Shown: positions 1 to 10,152, counted from the first letter of the stretch. The stretch: 64,000 bases of DNA from Minisyncoccota bacterium (GCA_035627655.1 DASPLI010000001.1:601605-665604), one strand, 5' to 3'. A program made the numbers and translations. Notes: a model not told the origin generated them from the sequence alone.

Positions 1-228
1 GTCATACGTCGACTGTCGGAGGATCGTGAGCATCTCGTATTTATTCTCTGGGGAAACTACGCGAAGGCGAAAGGCGCGCATATCGATCGAACCAAGCACT
101 GCGTCATAGAGTCCGCACACCCTTCGCCGTTTTCTGCAGCAAATGGCTTCTTTGGCTCCCGACCATTCTCGAAAGCAAATAGATATCTTATGGAGCACGG
201 CAACGAGCCGATTGATTGGCTTTCCTAA
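1..228 (+). CDS. ung: Uracil-DNA glycosylase family 1, C-terminal part (5' truncated by window edge)
   Basis: Frame 1, translated by hand: ...VFILWGNYAK...SAHPSPFSAANGFFGSRPFSKAN...IDWLS*. HPSP and FxLWG are UNG motifs. Not in the ORF track. Confidence 0.93.
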   Translation, partial: VIRRLSEDREHLVFILWGNYAKAKGAHIDRTKHCVIESAHPSPFSAANGFFGSRPFSKANRYLMEHGNEPIDWLS

Positions 229-284
229 ACGCGCGATGAAGCGGCGCGCTGGAATATCGCGCCGTTGCTTGGTATCTTGTCCGG

Positions 285-1562
285 ATGAAAACCGAAGTTC
301 CCGGCATCGAATTTGTACGGCAGGTGGGGGAACTGAAGGAGTACAAACTCCTTAAAAACGGCCTCACGATTTTGCTTGCCTCAGATCTCGAGTCCCCGGT
401 TGCGGGACTCATGGTGACGTACCATGTCGGGTCGCGACATGAAGGCATCGGGTACACTGGCGCAACGCATCTGCTTGAGCACCTGATGTTCAAGGGATCC
501 CAGAAGTTTCCACGCGAGAAAGGAGCGGACCTGCTTGAAGCACGCGGTGCCATTCTTAACGCAACGACGTGGATGGATCGCACAAACTACTATGAAATCG
601 TTCCGGTAACGCTTCTGCCGTTTGCTGCAGAGTTTGAGGCGAGCCGCATGCGTGGCGCAGTGATTTCAGAAAAAGACCGCGTCTCCGAGATGCCGATCGT
701 CTGGAACGAGTTTGAGCGCGGCGAGAACCATCCGATCGAGGCGCTCGATAAACTGATTTGGTCAACGGCATTTCAAGCACATCCGTACCATCACAGCACG
801 ATCGGCTGGAGAAGCGATATTGAGAATGTGTCGATCGAACGACTTCAGCAATTTTATAACGATTTCTACTGGCCTAATAACGCGACTGTTTCGATTGTGG
901 GTGGCATAGATGAGGTTTCAGCGCTGAAACTCATCAAGGAGCATTTTGGCGAGATTCCGCACTCTCCAAACCCTATTCCGCGTCCGTATACCACTGAGCC
1001 GGTGCAGGAGGGCGAGCGTCGCGTGATTGTTTCGAGAACCGGTCCCAACATGGTGGGTATGGGACACAAAATCCCGAACGCACACCACCCGGATATGGCC
1101 GCTATCGGCATGCTCGGCACGCTCCTTGCCGGACATAAGCGCAGCCGCCTATACCGTCGATTTATAGATACGGCCATGGCCACTTCGGTGAGCGCCTACG
1201 GCCTCCCACTCCATGATCCGGGACTCTTTACAACCTACGTCACTCTTGCAGACGGGGTGTCTCACGCGGATATAGAAAAAGGACTCAAAGAAGAATTTGC
1301 GCTGCTTGCAAAGAAAGGGCCGACGAAGGCGGAGCTTGCGCAGGCACGACGCTACCTCCGCGCCTATACCGCGGAAAAACGCGACGGGGCGTACGCATTC
1401 CTCTCAGCACTCAACGAAGACATTGCAACCGGAGACTGGACTCGCTTTGTCCGTTTCCCTGAAGCAATGCTTCGCGCTACCGAGGCTGACATTGCAAAGG
1501 TCGCTAAGCGCTACTTGGTCGACGATCAGGCGACCGTCGGCTGGTTCGTCGGCAAACCCTAA
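285..1562 (+). CDS. M16 family zinc peptidase, catalytic subunit
   Basis: Inverted zinc motif HLLEH followed by MFKGS; NATT..DRTNYY. Confidence 0.92.
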   Translation: MKTEVPGIEFVRQVGELKEYKLLKNGLTILLASDLESPVAGLMVTYHVGSRHEGIGYTGATHLLEHLMFKGSQKFPREKGADLLEARGAILNATTWMDRTNYYEIVPVTLLPFAAEFEASRMRGAVISEKDRVSEMPIVWNEFERGENHPIEALDKLIWSTAFQAHPYHHSTIGWRSDIENVSIERLQQFYNDFYWPNNATVSIVGGIDEVSALKLIKEHFGEIPHSPNPIPRPYTTEPVQEGERRVIVSRTGPNMVGMGHKIPNAHHPDMAAIGMLGTLLAGHKRSRLYRRFIDTAMATSVSAYGLPLHDPGLFTTYVTLADGVSHADIEKGLKEEFALLAKKGPTKAELAQARRYLRAYTAEKRDGAYAFLSALNEDIATGDWTRFVRFPEAMLRATEADIAKVAKRYLVDDQATVGWFVGKP

Positions 1563-1564
1563 AC

Positions 1565-2839
1565 ATGAAGCACGCTATGCAACTCCCACAGATCCACGAA
1601 GTACGAACAGACGGCATGCGTTTGCTCGCTGTGCGCACGCACACGAAGGACGTTGTTGTGATCGTCGGCAGCATTCTCGGCGGCAGCCACATGCAGCCAG
1701 TCTCAAAGCGCGCGGTTGCGTGGACGATGGAAGACCTGCTCGATGCAGGCACCAAGAAGCACACGAAGGAGGAGCTTCGCGATCAGCTCTCGTCTCTAGG
1801 TGCGTCCCTCTCATTCTCCTGCGGCGGAGACCGCCTCTTCTTCGAAGCAACCTGTCTTCCAGAAGATATCGATACGGTACTCGGCATCGTCGTTGAATGT
1901 CTTACCGAAGCAACATTCCCGAAGAAAGAGATCGAGCTGTCGATCAAGCGCCAAATCGCTGGACGAACGGAAAGCAAGAGCGATACCGGTCGGGAAGCGG
2001 TTCGAGCGCTTGAGCGGACGCTCTACGAGAAATCGCATCCAGGCTACACCATGACAGCGGACGAAGGCATCGTCTCGCTTCGAAAAGTGACGCGCAAAGA
2101 TATTGTCGATATGTATCGAAAGCTTGGGCGGACAGGCCTCACGTTCGCTATCGGCGGCGACATTGATCCGGAGAAGTGTTTACGGCTTGCCGAGCGCAAA
2201 CTCAAAGCGCTGCCGGAAGGAAAATTCGCTCCAACGGTTATGCCAGTCCCCAAACGACAGCCGAAGAAAGAGGTGCTGGTGAAGATCAAGGATAAGGCAA
2301 ACGTTGACGTGATGCTTGGCGTTCGCGCGCTCATCAACCGGGATCATCCGCAATTCCTCGCGTTTCGCGTCCTGCTGTCGCTCCTTGGCGGTGGTGGTAT
2401 TTCTACGGGACACCTCATGCGCACGGTGCGGGAGCGTGACGGCCTGACATATGGCATTCGTGCATTTGCTGCGGAGTTTGCGGACCGGGCAGACGGCTAT
2501 ATGGCTATCTGGGCGACCTTCGCACCGAAGGTATATGAGAAAGGTGTCGAGACGATCCGAAAAGAAGTGCGCTCCTTCTTCCGCAATGGCATCACGAAAG
2601 AATTGCTCGAAGCAAAGAAGGAAGAGATGCTCGGCAAGTACCTGGTTGGTCTTTCAACCACGAGCGGATTAGTCTCCACACTCCATGGCAATGCGATTGA
2701 AGACAAAGAGACCGCATATCTCTTGGAGTATCCAAAGGAGCTGCAGAAGCTGACCTTGGACGATATTCATAACGCACGAAAGCTGGTGCCACTGACCGAG
2801 CTCTCGCTTGCCGCTGCGGGCACCTTTGCCAAACCATGA
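1565..2839 (+). CDS. M16 family peptidase, non-catalytic partner subunit
   Basis: No HxxEH; C-terminal VRERDGLTYG motif; tandem with the catalytic M16 gene. Confidence 0.88.
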   Translation: MKHAMQLPQIHEVRTDGMRLLAVRTHTKDVVVIVGSILGGSHMQPVSKRAVAWTMEDLLDAGTKKHTKEELRDQLSSLGASLSFSCGGDRLFFEATCLPEDIDTVLGIVVECLTEATFPKKEIELSIKRQIAGRTESKSDTGREAVRALERTLYEKSHPGYTMTADEGIVSLRKVTRKDIVDMYRKLGRTGLTFAIGGDIDPEKCLRLAERKLKALPEGKFAPTVMPVPKRQPKKEVLVKIKDKANVDVMLGVRALINRDHPQFLAFRVLLSLLGGGGISTGHLMRTVRERDGLTYGIRAFAAEFADRADGYMAIWATFAPKVYEKGVETIRKEVRSFFRNGITKELLEAKKEEMLGKYLVGLSTTSGLVSTLHGNAIEDKETAYLLEYPKELQKLTLDDIHNARKLVPLTELSLAAAGTFAKP

Positions 2840-3090
2840 AAAAGCTCTGGTTCAAACGAAAGGTATTTGGGTGGGGTTGGTATCCCGTTTCGTGGGAAGG
2901 ATGGGCGGTAACCATTGGGTATGCGATCTTGGTACTGCTTGCAGTCTCAACGATCGACGAGCAATCGTCGATGCGTGAGATCATGTTCACTGCCGTTCTC
3001 CCGATCGCACTTCTTACGATAGCGCTTATCCGCATTTGCTACCGGACTGGCGAGGCGCCCAAGTGGCAATGGGGCAAATCGGAAGAATAG
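2836..3090 (+). CDS. Small membrane protein
   Basis: ATGA overlap with upstream gene; WFKRKxFGWGWYP start; two hydrophobic helices. Confidence 0.8.
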   Translation: MKKLWFKRKVFGWGWYPVSWEGWAVTIGYAILVLLAVSTIDEQSSMREIMFTAVLPIALLTIALIRICYRTGEAPKWQWGKSEE

Positions 3091-3124
3091 ATCGAGTGCT
3101 CCAAGTCATGGTATCTTCTCTTGC

Positions 3125-5047
3125 ATGACTGTTCGGGAAGTGCGCGACCGGTATCTAGCCTTCTTTAAAAGCCGCACCCATACGGTTATTCCGTCTGCGC
3201 CAATCGTTCCCGGAAACGATCCGACGACCCTCTTTACCTCTTCCGGCATGCAGCCGTTGGTTCCATACCTGCTCGGGAAGGACCATCCGGAAGGCGTGCG
3301 GCTCGTCAATTCGCAGCTAAGCTTCCGCGCGGGAGACATTGAAGAAGTGGGCGACAACCGCCACACCACCTTCTTTGAGATGCTTGGAAACTGGTCGCTC
3401 GGAGATTACTTCAAACAAGAGCAGCTGCCGTGGGTATTTGAATTCCTCACTTCCAAAGAAGAAGGACTGGGGCTGAATCCGGAGAATCTCTATGTCACCG
3501 TATTTGCCGGAGACGCAGAGAGCGGCATGGCTCCCGATACCGAATCAATCGGTATCTGGCAGGAACTTTTTAAAGGGAAGGGTATCGACGCTCCCTTTGT
3601 GGAGCTTGGCAGCGAGGCAGGCGGATACGAGAAGGGCATGCAGGGCGGCCGTATCTTCTCCTACGATGCAAAGAAGAATTGGTGGAGTCGCGCCGGTGTT
3701 CCAACAAAGATGCCGGCTGGCGAGCCGGGCGGACCGGACTCTGAAGTCTTCTACGACTTCGGCCTTCCACATGATCCTAAGTGGGGCGAGCACTGCCACC
3801 CGAATTGTGACTGCGGCCGATTCATCGAGATTGGAAACTCGGTGTTCATGCAGTTTATTAAGAATCAGGATGGTTCGTTCTCTGAGCTTCCCAAGAAGAA
3901 CGTGGACTTCGGTGGTGGCCTAGAGCGCCTGACAGCCGCCACCCTTGGCGACCCAGATGTCTTTAATATTGATGTGTTTGCTCCGGCACGCGCACTTCTT
4001 GAAGAGCGAAGCGGAAAAGGGTATGGCGAGAGTGAGAGCGTGACCCGCTCCTATCGCATCATTCTTGACCATATTCGTGCAGCAACCTTCATGCTTGCCG
4101 AAGGCGTTCTTCCATCCAATACCGAAGCGGGATATGTGCTTCGCCGCCTTATCCGCCGCGCAATTCGAGAAGCGGATCGGCTCGGCGTGCACGAGACCCT
4201 ACTTGCAGACGTGGTTGCTGGTTTTGCCGCTGCCTACGGAGATCACTACCCGCACATCGCACAGAATGTCGAGAAGATCCGCGAAGGACTCAAGGCGGAA
4301 GAAGACAAATTCAGGAAGACGCTAGAACAAGGATTGAAGGAGCTCAATAAACTTCCTTTGGGACCTGGTTACGTTGTAGGAGGAGATACAACCACGATGT
4401 TTGTAACGACATATGGATTTCCCGCAGAACTTATCTCAGAAATTGCTCAAGAAAGAGGAGCGAGTGTCGATCTTGAAACGCACGAGCGAAATATGGAAGA
4501 GCATAGAGCTAAGTCTCGTGAAGGAGCAGCGCAGAAGTTTGCCGGTGGTCTTGCGGATCACTCGGAGCAGACCGTGCGCTATCACACCACGCACCACATT
4601 CTGCTCAAAGCACTCCAGACGGTGCTTGGCGGGGAGGTAAAGCAGCGCGGATCGAACATCACGGCAGAGCGCCTTCGCATCGACTTCTCGTACGGATCAA
4701 AAATGACGGACGAGCAGAAGGCGCAGGTAGAAAAGATCGTAAATGAAGTGATCTATCAGGATCTTCCGGTTACCCGCACCGTCATGCCAAAGACTGAGGC
4801 AGAACAGCTTGGCGCACAGATGGAGTTCGGCGTGAAGTATCCGGACATGGTGTCCGTGTATTCAGTCGGACCAGCACATGCAACCGAAGATGCTCCAGAT
4901 ATTCCAAACGCATTCTCGCTTGAATTTTGTGGCGGACCGCATGTTTCAAATACCCGCGACATACACGAAGGAGGGAAGAAGTTTCGTATTCAAAAGGAGG
5001 AGGCAGTCGCCGCTGGCGTTCGTCGCATCAAAGGCGTGCTCGATTAA
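3125..5047 (+). CDS. alaS: Alanine--tRNA ligase, short form without C-Ala domain
   Basis: DPTTLFTSSGMQP, RHTTFFEMLGNWS, DFGGGLER; editing motifs HTTHH and CGGPH; ends at GVRRIKG. Confidence 0.97.
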   Translation: MTVREVRDRYLAFFKSRTHTVIPSAPIVPGNDPTTLFTSSGMQPLVPYLLGKDHPEGVRLVNSQLSFRAGDIEEVGDNRHTTFFEMLGNWSLGDYFKQEQLPWVFEFLTSKEEGLGLNPENLYVTVFAGDAESGMAPDTESIGIWQELFKGKGIDAPFVELGSEAGGYEKGMQGGRIFSYDAKKNWWSRAGVPTKMPAGEPGGPDSEVFYDFGLPHDPKWGEHCHPNCDCGRFIEIGNSVFMQFIKNQDGSFSELPKKNVDFGGGLERLTAATLGDPDVFNIDVFAPARALLEERSGKGYGESESVTRSYRIILDHIRAATFMLAEGVLPSNTEAGYVLRRLIRRAIREADRLGVHETLLADVVAGFAAAYGDHYPHIAQNVEKIREGLKAEEDKFRKTLEQGLKELNKLPLGPGYVVGGDTTTMFVTTYGFPAELISEIAQERGASVDLETHERNMEEHRAKSREGAAQKFAGGLADHSEQTVRYHTTHHILLKALQTVLGGEVKQRGSNITAERLRIDFSYGSKMTDEQKAQVEKIVNEVIYQDLPVTRTVMPKTEAEQLGAQMEFGVKYPDMVSVYSVGPAHATEDAPDIPNAFSLEFCGGPHVSNTRDIHEGGKKFRIQKEEAVAAGVRRIKGVLD

Positions 5048-5094
5048 ACGATCAACCGCCCCAGACCTAGAGGCCTGAGGCGGCCGAAAGAGCT

Positions 5095-5421
5095 TTAAGA
5101 AGCAAGCAGGTGCGGCACCGATGTGATCAGATGGTACGCACCGAACGCGGTGATCGCGAGCGTGATGGCCCAGGGGAAGATTTGCTTGCGCAGGTCAGTG
5201 CGCAAGAACCCCATGATTGTCATCATGGCGACGCCGAGAGCGATCTGGCCGGAGCCGAGAACGACGTCTTGTGCGTGCTGTTCGATCGGAGTATCGCCGG
5301 TGAAGACGAAGAAGCTTCCGAACAGGAACAACACGCCGACGGCGGTCAGGGCGGTCACGAGCCATTTCAGGATCGGTTCGTCCGCAAATTGCTTTTGTTC
5401 AACAGCAGTGGCTTTCGCCAT
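5095..5421 (-). CDS. Hypothetical membrane protein (3 TM)
   Basis: AAGGAG SD upstream, consensus promoter at 5462-5490, hydrophobic segments. Confidence 0.75.
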   Translation of the reverse strand: MAKATAVEQKQFADEPILKWLVTALTAVGVLFLFGSFFVFTGDTPIEQHAQDVVLGSGQIALGVAMMTIMGFLRTDLRKQIFPWAITLAITAFGAYHLITSVPHLLAS

Positions 5422-5461
5422 GTGTGGAGCTCCTTAGGACCCCTATGGTCCCGATGGGTAA

Positions 5462-5490
5462 ATAATATCATAAATATAAGATATTGTCAA
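5462..5490 (-). promoter_or_regulatory. Sigma70-type promoter
   Basis: Minus strand TTGACA-17 nt-TATTAT, upstream of the 5421 gene. Confidence 0.7.
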
Positions 5491-5538
5491 TGGTATGAAA
5501 ATGAATACGGGACGACGTGAGTCGTCCCGTACGGGTAG

Positions 5539-5814
5539 TTATGCAGCCGGAGATGCGGCCTGCGCCTTAAGGGGACACCAGGATGGTGAATCGCCCTCTT
5601 TGCGCAGGTTATATGGCCGGATCGCGGGCATAACGATGCGATACTCCGACCGCTGCGAAAGGTACTCGGAGTTCACGTCTTGCTCGGGATTCTTCACGTC
5701 CGTGCAAACGATCGCCTTATCGTCGTCATTGAACGAGTCGTGCGGGTCGTCGTCCCGAATCACGCGATGCTTGGGACAATCCATGCAGTTCTCGTAGGTT
5801 TTGACGTTGGTCAC
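5539..5814 (-). CDS. Hypothetical Cys-containing protein
   Basis: AAGGAGG SD then GTG at 5814; CMDC...C...WCPL motifs. Confidence 0.7.
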   Translation of the reverse strand: MTNVKTYENCMDCPKHRVIRDDDPHDSFNDDDKAIVCTDVKNPEQDVNSEYLSQRSEYRIVMPAIRPYNLRKEGDSPSWCPLKAQAASPAA

Positions 5815-5893
5815 AACACTATCCTCCTTTCCTGCTTTGAAGGTACTGAAAAGCGACTGACTCGTCAAACAATGCCGTATACTGGAGGACAAT

Positions 5894-6997
5894 ATGGGGT
5901 TGTTTGGTCCTTCGCGTCCATCGCACTATGCGGTCGTTGATATCGGCTCTTCGTCGATTGGTGCTGCGTATGTATCTATACACGAGAAAGATGCGCCGCT
6001 GGTTGTGTACGCGGTTCGTACCCCGTACGAAGGACGCTCTGCAGGACCCACTGACATGCTCCGAACGCTTGATGCAACGCTTCGGGACCTCACCACTAAT
6101 GGCGGACCCATTTTGAAGAAAGTAACCGGACACGCACAAGTAGAAGGTTCCTACGTGTATGTGGGTGCCCCGTGGCAGGTGAGTGAGCTGACCGCCAAAC
6201 GAGTCGAGAAGGAGAAGCCGTTCCAATTCACCAAGGAAATGCTCGCCGAGGCGCTTCGAACAGCTCCCGGAGGCCGAAGCACCATCGTGGCAAGCCTCAT
6301 GAACGGATACGAGACCGTCAACCCTATCGGCAAGCGGGTAAAGCGAGCAGATACCATCGTGCTGGCTTCCCATATCGAGCCACAGCTGCAGTCTCTTATT
6401 TATCGAGCGGTCCGCGGAGCTACCGGATCTTCCAAATTACAGCTCTACTCCTTCGGCGAGCTTGCTCCGCCCGCTATTTCAGCAGTCGCAGGCGGTGAAG
6501 AAGAGTTCTTGGTGCTGCGGGTAACGAAAAATGCGACCAGTTTCGCGTTTATTAAGCGCGGACTTTTGGCCGGCACGCGTTCGCTTGCTGTTGGCACGCG
6601 ACTGTTTATAGAAGCTGCACGAGAGCGCGGCGTGTCGTCTCTCCGTTCAATCACGGAAGGAAAGGGGCTCATCGATAAATCGAAAAGCGGGCGGCTGGCG
6701 TCTCGCCTTGAAGAAGCGCAGCGTTCCTGGCTCCTCCAAGTGCGTGAAGGATTGCGCGAGCTTGCCGCAGGCAGAGCGCTCCCGCGCGCCGTCTTTCTCT
6801 TTGCCGAAGGACCAGACGCGCATTTTGTCTCGAGACTCCTCAACGCTCCCGAGATTCATGATCTCTGGCTCTCCGATGAGCCACTGACGGTGGTGCCCAT
6901 AACGTCGCACCACTTTGATCCGTTCCTGCACCGGGTGGAAGGATCGGTTGAAGACCCCTTCCTTGACGCACTTGCGCTTGTGGCGTCCCGTGGATAG
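5894..6997 (+). CDS. Divergent actin-fold (FtsA/PilM-like) protein
   Basis: N-terminal VVDIGSSSIG phosphate-1-like motif; NGYxTxNPIGK segment. Confidence 0.6.
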   Translation: MGLFGPSRPSHYAVVDIGSSSIGAAYVSIHEKDAPLVVYAVRTPYEGRSAGPTDMLRTLDATLRDLTTNGGPILKKVTGHAQVEGSYVYVGAPWQVSELTAKRVEKEKPFQFTKEMLAEALRTAPGGRSTIVASLMNGYETVNPIGKRVKRADTIVLASHIEPQLQSLIYRAVRGATGSSKLQLYSFGELAPPAISAVAGGEEEFLVLRVTKNATSFAFIKRGLLAGTRSLAVGTRLFIEAARERGVSSLRSITEGKGLIDKSKSGRLASRLEEAQRSWLLQVREGLRELAAGRALPRAVFLFAEGPDAHFVSRLLNAPEIHDLWLSDEPLTVVPITSHHFDPFLHRVEGSVEDPFLDALALVASRG

Positions 6998-7063
6998 GGG
7001 TGGTCGCTCAGGTCTGCGGCTTGTATACTTTCTGGGTACTACTTATTCGGCAATCTGTAATCT

Positions 7064-8287
7064 ATGCCTCGATCAATCACCGACATCGTCCCGCCGTCCC
7101 GCCGCCGCTCCATGGAGGGTGCTGAGACCCCGCCGCCGTATGTCCCGCCGTCTGCGCCTCGTCGCGGAAAGGGCGGCTTCCCCTGGAAGTGGGTGATTGC
7201 AACGATTGTCGTTATTGCTGCCTGTGTGGCAGTGCTGTTTGCCTTTGGAGGCACGAAGGTAGAAGCAACCCCAGTTATGAAGAGTGCGACGGTGTCTGGC
7301 GAATTTGCTGCAACGCCGTCTGCAGGCGATCTGCCGTACCAGGTGATTTCCGTTGAGAAGGTTGGTGCGAAGGAGATAAAGGCAGAAGGAACGGAGACTG
7401 CAAATGTCCCGGCCCAGGGCACTGTCACTATCTATAACGCCCAGGATAAGACGCAGGAGCTCATCAAGAACACCCGCTTTGAGACGCCGGAAGGCCTCAT
7501 CTTCCGCATCCATGAACCAGTCAAGATTCCTCCCGGCACCACGGCAAACCCTGGTGAGGTGAAAGCAACCGTTTATGCAGACGCAGGCGGCGAACGCTAC
7601 AACATCGGCCCGTCCACCTTCACGCTTCCCGGCCTTGCAAACTCCGCTACCTTTGACCTGGTATACGCCCGCTCGACCGAGGCAATGTCTGGCGGCTTCA
7701 CGGGCGAGCGTCCGTCTATCCCGCAGACGACCCGCGAGAGCACCTATGCTGCTATGCAGGGCAACCTCCAGGCCGAGCTTGATGCTGACCTCGCGTCTCG
7801 CATTCCTGAAGGCTACGCACTCCTCTCTGGCGCAACCTTCTACACCTACACGCCGCAGCCAGACGGTGCGGGTAAGAGTGACGCGGTAAACCTCCAGCTC
7901 AAGGGAACGGCAAACGCCTACGTCTTCCCGAAGGATGCGCTTGCGCGCGCAATCGCGTTCCGCTCGCTTGGCGTTTATGGCGGCCAGCCGGTCACCGTAC
8001 CTGCAACTGATGGACTGACGCTGACTCCGGTCAACGGCACGCCAGCAGGGGATACGGAGACCTTCGCCTTCACCCTCGCCGGTAGCACCAATATCGTCTG
8101 GGTTGTAGATCCTGTTGAGCTTGCAGGCGCTATTGCCGGCAAGAGCCGGGACGCAGCCCGCACCATCCTTGCTGGCTTTAGCGAGCTGGCAGAGGCAAAG
8201 TTGGTGGTCCGCCCGTTCTGGGCAGGCACCCTTCCTGCAGACCCCGCAAAGATCACGGTCGAGATCATGCAGCCGAAAGCCGAATAG
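7064..8287 (+). CDS. Membrane-anchored protein with baseplate J/gp47-like region
   Basis: N-terminal DIxPP, single TM, GTVTIYN...TRF..PEGLIFR, A..GGERYNIGP, AMSGGFTG pattern. Confidence 0.6.
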   Translation: MPRSITDIVPPSRRRSMEGAETPPPYVPPSAPRRGKGGFPWKWVIATIVVIAACVAVLFAFGGTKVEATPVMKSATVSGEFAATPSAGDLPYQVISVEKVGAKEIKAEGTETANVPAQGTVTIYNAQDKTQELIKNTRFETPEGLIFRIHEPVKIPPGTTANPGEVKATVYADAGGERYNIGPSTFTLPGLANSATFDLVYARSTEAMSGGFTGERPSIPQTTRESTYAAMQGNLQAELDADLASRIPEGYALLSGATFYTYTPQPDGAGKSDAVNLQLKGTANAYVFPKDALARAIAFRSLGVYGGQPVTVPATDGLTLTPVNGTPAGDTETFAFTLAGSTNIVWVVDPVELAGAIAGKSRDAARTILAGFSELAEAKLVVRPFWAGTLPADPAKITVEIMQPKAE

Positions 8288-8332
8288 GTTTGACGCGGTT
8301 ATACGGGTCTGATAGGATACGACGGCATCACG

Positions 8333-8551
8333 ATGGCAGATGAGCAAGCGGGCACAACGGTAACCGGCACCGTCGAAGAGGTGTTGCCGAATTCTCTGTT
8401 TCGGGTCCGATTGGAATCCGGAGATCTCCTGCTTGCGTATCTGGCTGGGAAAATGCGGCTCCACAGGATCCGCGTCCTAGTCGGGGATTCTGTTGAGCTG
8501 GTGACCGATCCATATGGCGGTCGCGCTCGCATCGTGAGGCGCCTTTCCTAA
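8333..8551 (+). CDS. infA: Translation initiation factor IF-1
   Basis: [14 protein letters not shown]...[14 protein letters not shown]. Confidence 0.97.
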   Translation: MADEQAGTTVTGTVEEVLPNSLFRVRLESGDLLLAYLAGKMRLHRIRVLVGDSVELVTDPYGGRARIVRRLS

Positions 8552-8559
8552 TAACAACG

Positions 8560-8676
8560 ATGAAAGTACGAGCATCCATTAAGAAGCAGCAGCCGGGGGA
8601 CATTATCGTCCGCCGTCGTGGACGCTTGTACCGCATCAATAAGCTCAAGCCCCGCCGCAAGGCTCGCCAGGGCTAA
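8560..8676 (+). CDS. rpmJ: 50S ribosomal protein L36 (Cys-free type)
   Basis: Hand translation [38 protein letters not shown]; lies between infA and rpsM. Confidence 0.95.
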   Translation: MKVRASIKKQQPGDIIVRRRGRLYRINKLKPRRKARQG

Positions 8677-8692
8677 TATTTTTCGTACTGTT

Positions 8693-9073
8693 ATGCGTAT
8701 TGCCGGTGTAACCATTCCTGACAACAAGCAGCTCCTCTACGCGCTGCCACTTATCTATGGCATTGGTCCTGCTCGCGCACGCGACATTCTTGAGAAGGCA
8801 AAGGTGCCGACCACCAAGAAGGGTTCCGAACTCTCTTCTGATGAGGAGCAGACGGTTCGCTCACTTGCCGAGTCCTATTTGATCGAAGGTGAGCTTCGCC
8901 GCGAGATCGCGCAGAACATCAAGCGCCTTAAGGATATTGGTGCAGACCGCGGTGTTCGCCATGCTCGCCGCCTTCCGGTTCGCCACCAGCGCACGAAGAC
9001 CAATTCTCGTACGGTGCGCGGCAACACCCGCAAGACGATGGGTTCTGGTCGCCGTACCCTTGAAAAGACATAG
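8693..9073 (+). CDS. rpsM: 30S ribosomal protein S13
   Basis: MRIAGV...IYGIG...LPVRHQRTKTNSRT; start moved to ATG 8693. Confidence 0.97.
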   Translation: MRIAGVTIPDNKQLLYALPLIYGIGPARARDILEKAKVPTTKKGSELSSDEEQTVRSLAESYLIEGELRREIAQNIKRLKDIGADRGVRHARRLPVRHQRTKTNSRTVRGNTRKTMGSGRRTLEKT

Positions 9074-9076
9074 CCT

Positions 9077-9511
9077 ATGGGAAAGAAACGAATCATCAAA
9101 AAGAGTGGTAAGGGATTGGATCAGGGCCGCAAGGAGCGCGCGCTTTCCAAGATCGCCAAGCGCAAGCTCGAGAAGGGCGTGCTGCATGTTGAAGCTACCT
9201 TCAACAACACCAAGGTCGTCCTCACGGACGAAAAGGGTAATGCGGTTATGTCCTCTTCTGCAGGCGCCCTTGGTTTCTCTGGTGCTCGCAAGTCAACGCC
9301 GTATGCTGCCGCTAAGGTCGGCGAGCTTCTCGGCGAGAAGGCTATGGCGATCGGCCTCAAGGAAGCATCCGTGGTCATTCGCGGTATCGGTGCTGGCCGC
9401 GAGTCTGCACTCCGCGGTTTTGCCGGCAAGGGCATCGCTATCCGCGCTATCAAGGACGCAACCCCGGTTCCGCACAACGGTCCGCGCCCACCTAAGCCTC
9501 GTCGCGTATAA
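9077..9511 (+). CDS. rpsK: 30S ribosomal protein S11
   Basis: ATFNNT, RKSTPYAA, DATPVPHNGPRPPKPRRV. Confidence 0.98.
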   Translation: MGKKRIIKKSGKGLDQGRKERALSKIAKRKLEKGVLHVEATFNNTKVVLTDEKGNAVMSSSAGALGFSGARKSTPYAAAKVGELLGEKAMAIGLKEASVVIRGIGAGRESALRGFAGKGIAIRAIKDATPVPHNGPRPPKPRRV

Positions 9512-9514
9512 CCT

Positions 9515-10123
9515 ATGAAAACTGTCTCTAAGTACAAGCTCGCAAAGCGCCTTGGTGCCTCGATCTTCGAGAAGACCCAGTCGCAGAAGTTCGCGCTCGC
9601 CGCTGAGCGTTCTGCAAAGAACAAGAAGCGCGGCCGCGGTGCAACCGAATTCGGCAAGCAGCTGCTTGAGAAGCAGAAGGTGCGCGTTACCTATGGCATT
9701 TCTGAGCGCCAGTTCGTCAACTACGTAAAGGAGGCTATGGCCACCAAAGGCCAGAACCCTGCTGAGGTGCTTCATCGTCTCCTCGAGCTTCGTCTGGATA
9801 ATGTTGTGTATCGCATCGGTCTTGCACCGACCCGCCGTGCCGCACGCCAGATGGTGTCGCACGGTCATATCACCGTAAACGGTGTAAAGACCACGATCCC
9901 GTCCCGCCGCATGCGGATCGGGGATCAGTTTGCGGTACGCGACGGCTCGAAGAGCGCAACGCTCTTTGCTACCTTCGCGGACAAGTTCGCGGAGCGTCCG
10001 CTTTCCTCATGGCTTTCCTTTGAGGCAAAGGGCATGAAGGGAACCATCGAGGCGCTGCCACCGGTAGATACCGCTGATGCGGCCGGTGACCTCGTCTCGG
10101 TGCTTTCGTTCTACAGCCGCTAG
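9515..10123 (+). CDS. rpsD: 30S ribosomal protein S4
   Basis: QLLEKQKVR, LELRLDNVVYRIG, ARQMVSHGHI. Confidence 0.97.
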   Translation: MKTVSKYKLAKRLGASIFEKTQSQKFALAAERSAKNKKRGRGATEFGKQLLEKQKVRVTYGISERQFVNYVKEAMATKGQNPAEVLHRLLELRLDNVVYRIGLAPTRRAARQMVSHGHITVNGVKTTIPSRRMRIGDQFAVRDGSKSATLFATFADKFAERPLSSWLSFEAKGMKGTIEALPPVDTADAAGDLVSVLSFYSR

Positions 10124-10152
10124 TTTTTATTCACGGTAATTACGATTGAGTT

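Noticed and set aside
3125-5047. alaS as a truncated pseudogene
   Set aside because: Catalytic and editing motifs are intact and the ORF ends cleanly at a domain boundary, consistent with a naturally short AlaRS.
7064-8287. Prophage suggested by the baseplate-J-like gene
   Set aside because: No other phage genes nearby; the protein is membrane-anchored and sits beside the ribosomal operon.
7073-8464. Long antisense ORF (463 aa) and many similar shadow ORFs, e.g. 14988-15803, 25679-26476, 56247-57077
   Set aside because: They lie opposite well-supported genes, lack motifs, and are expected from codon bias in GC-rich DNA.
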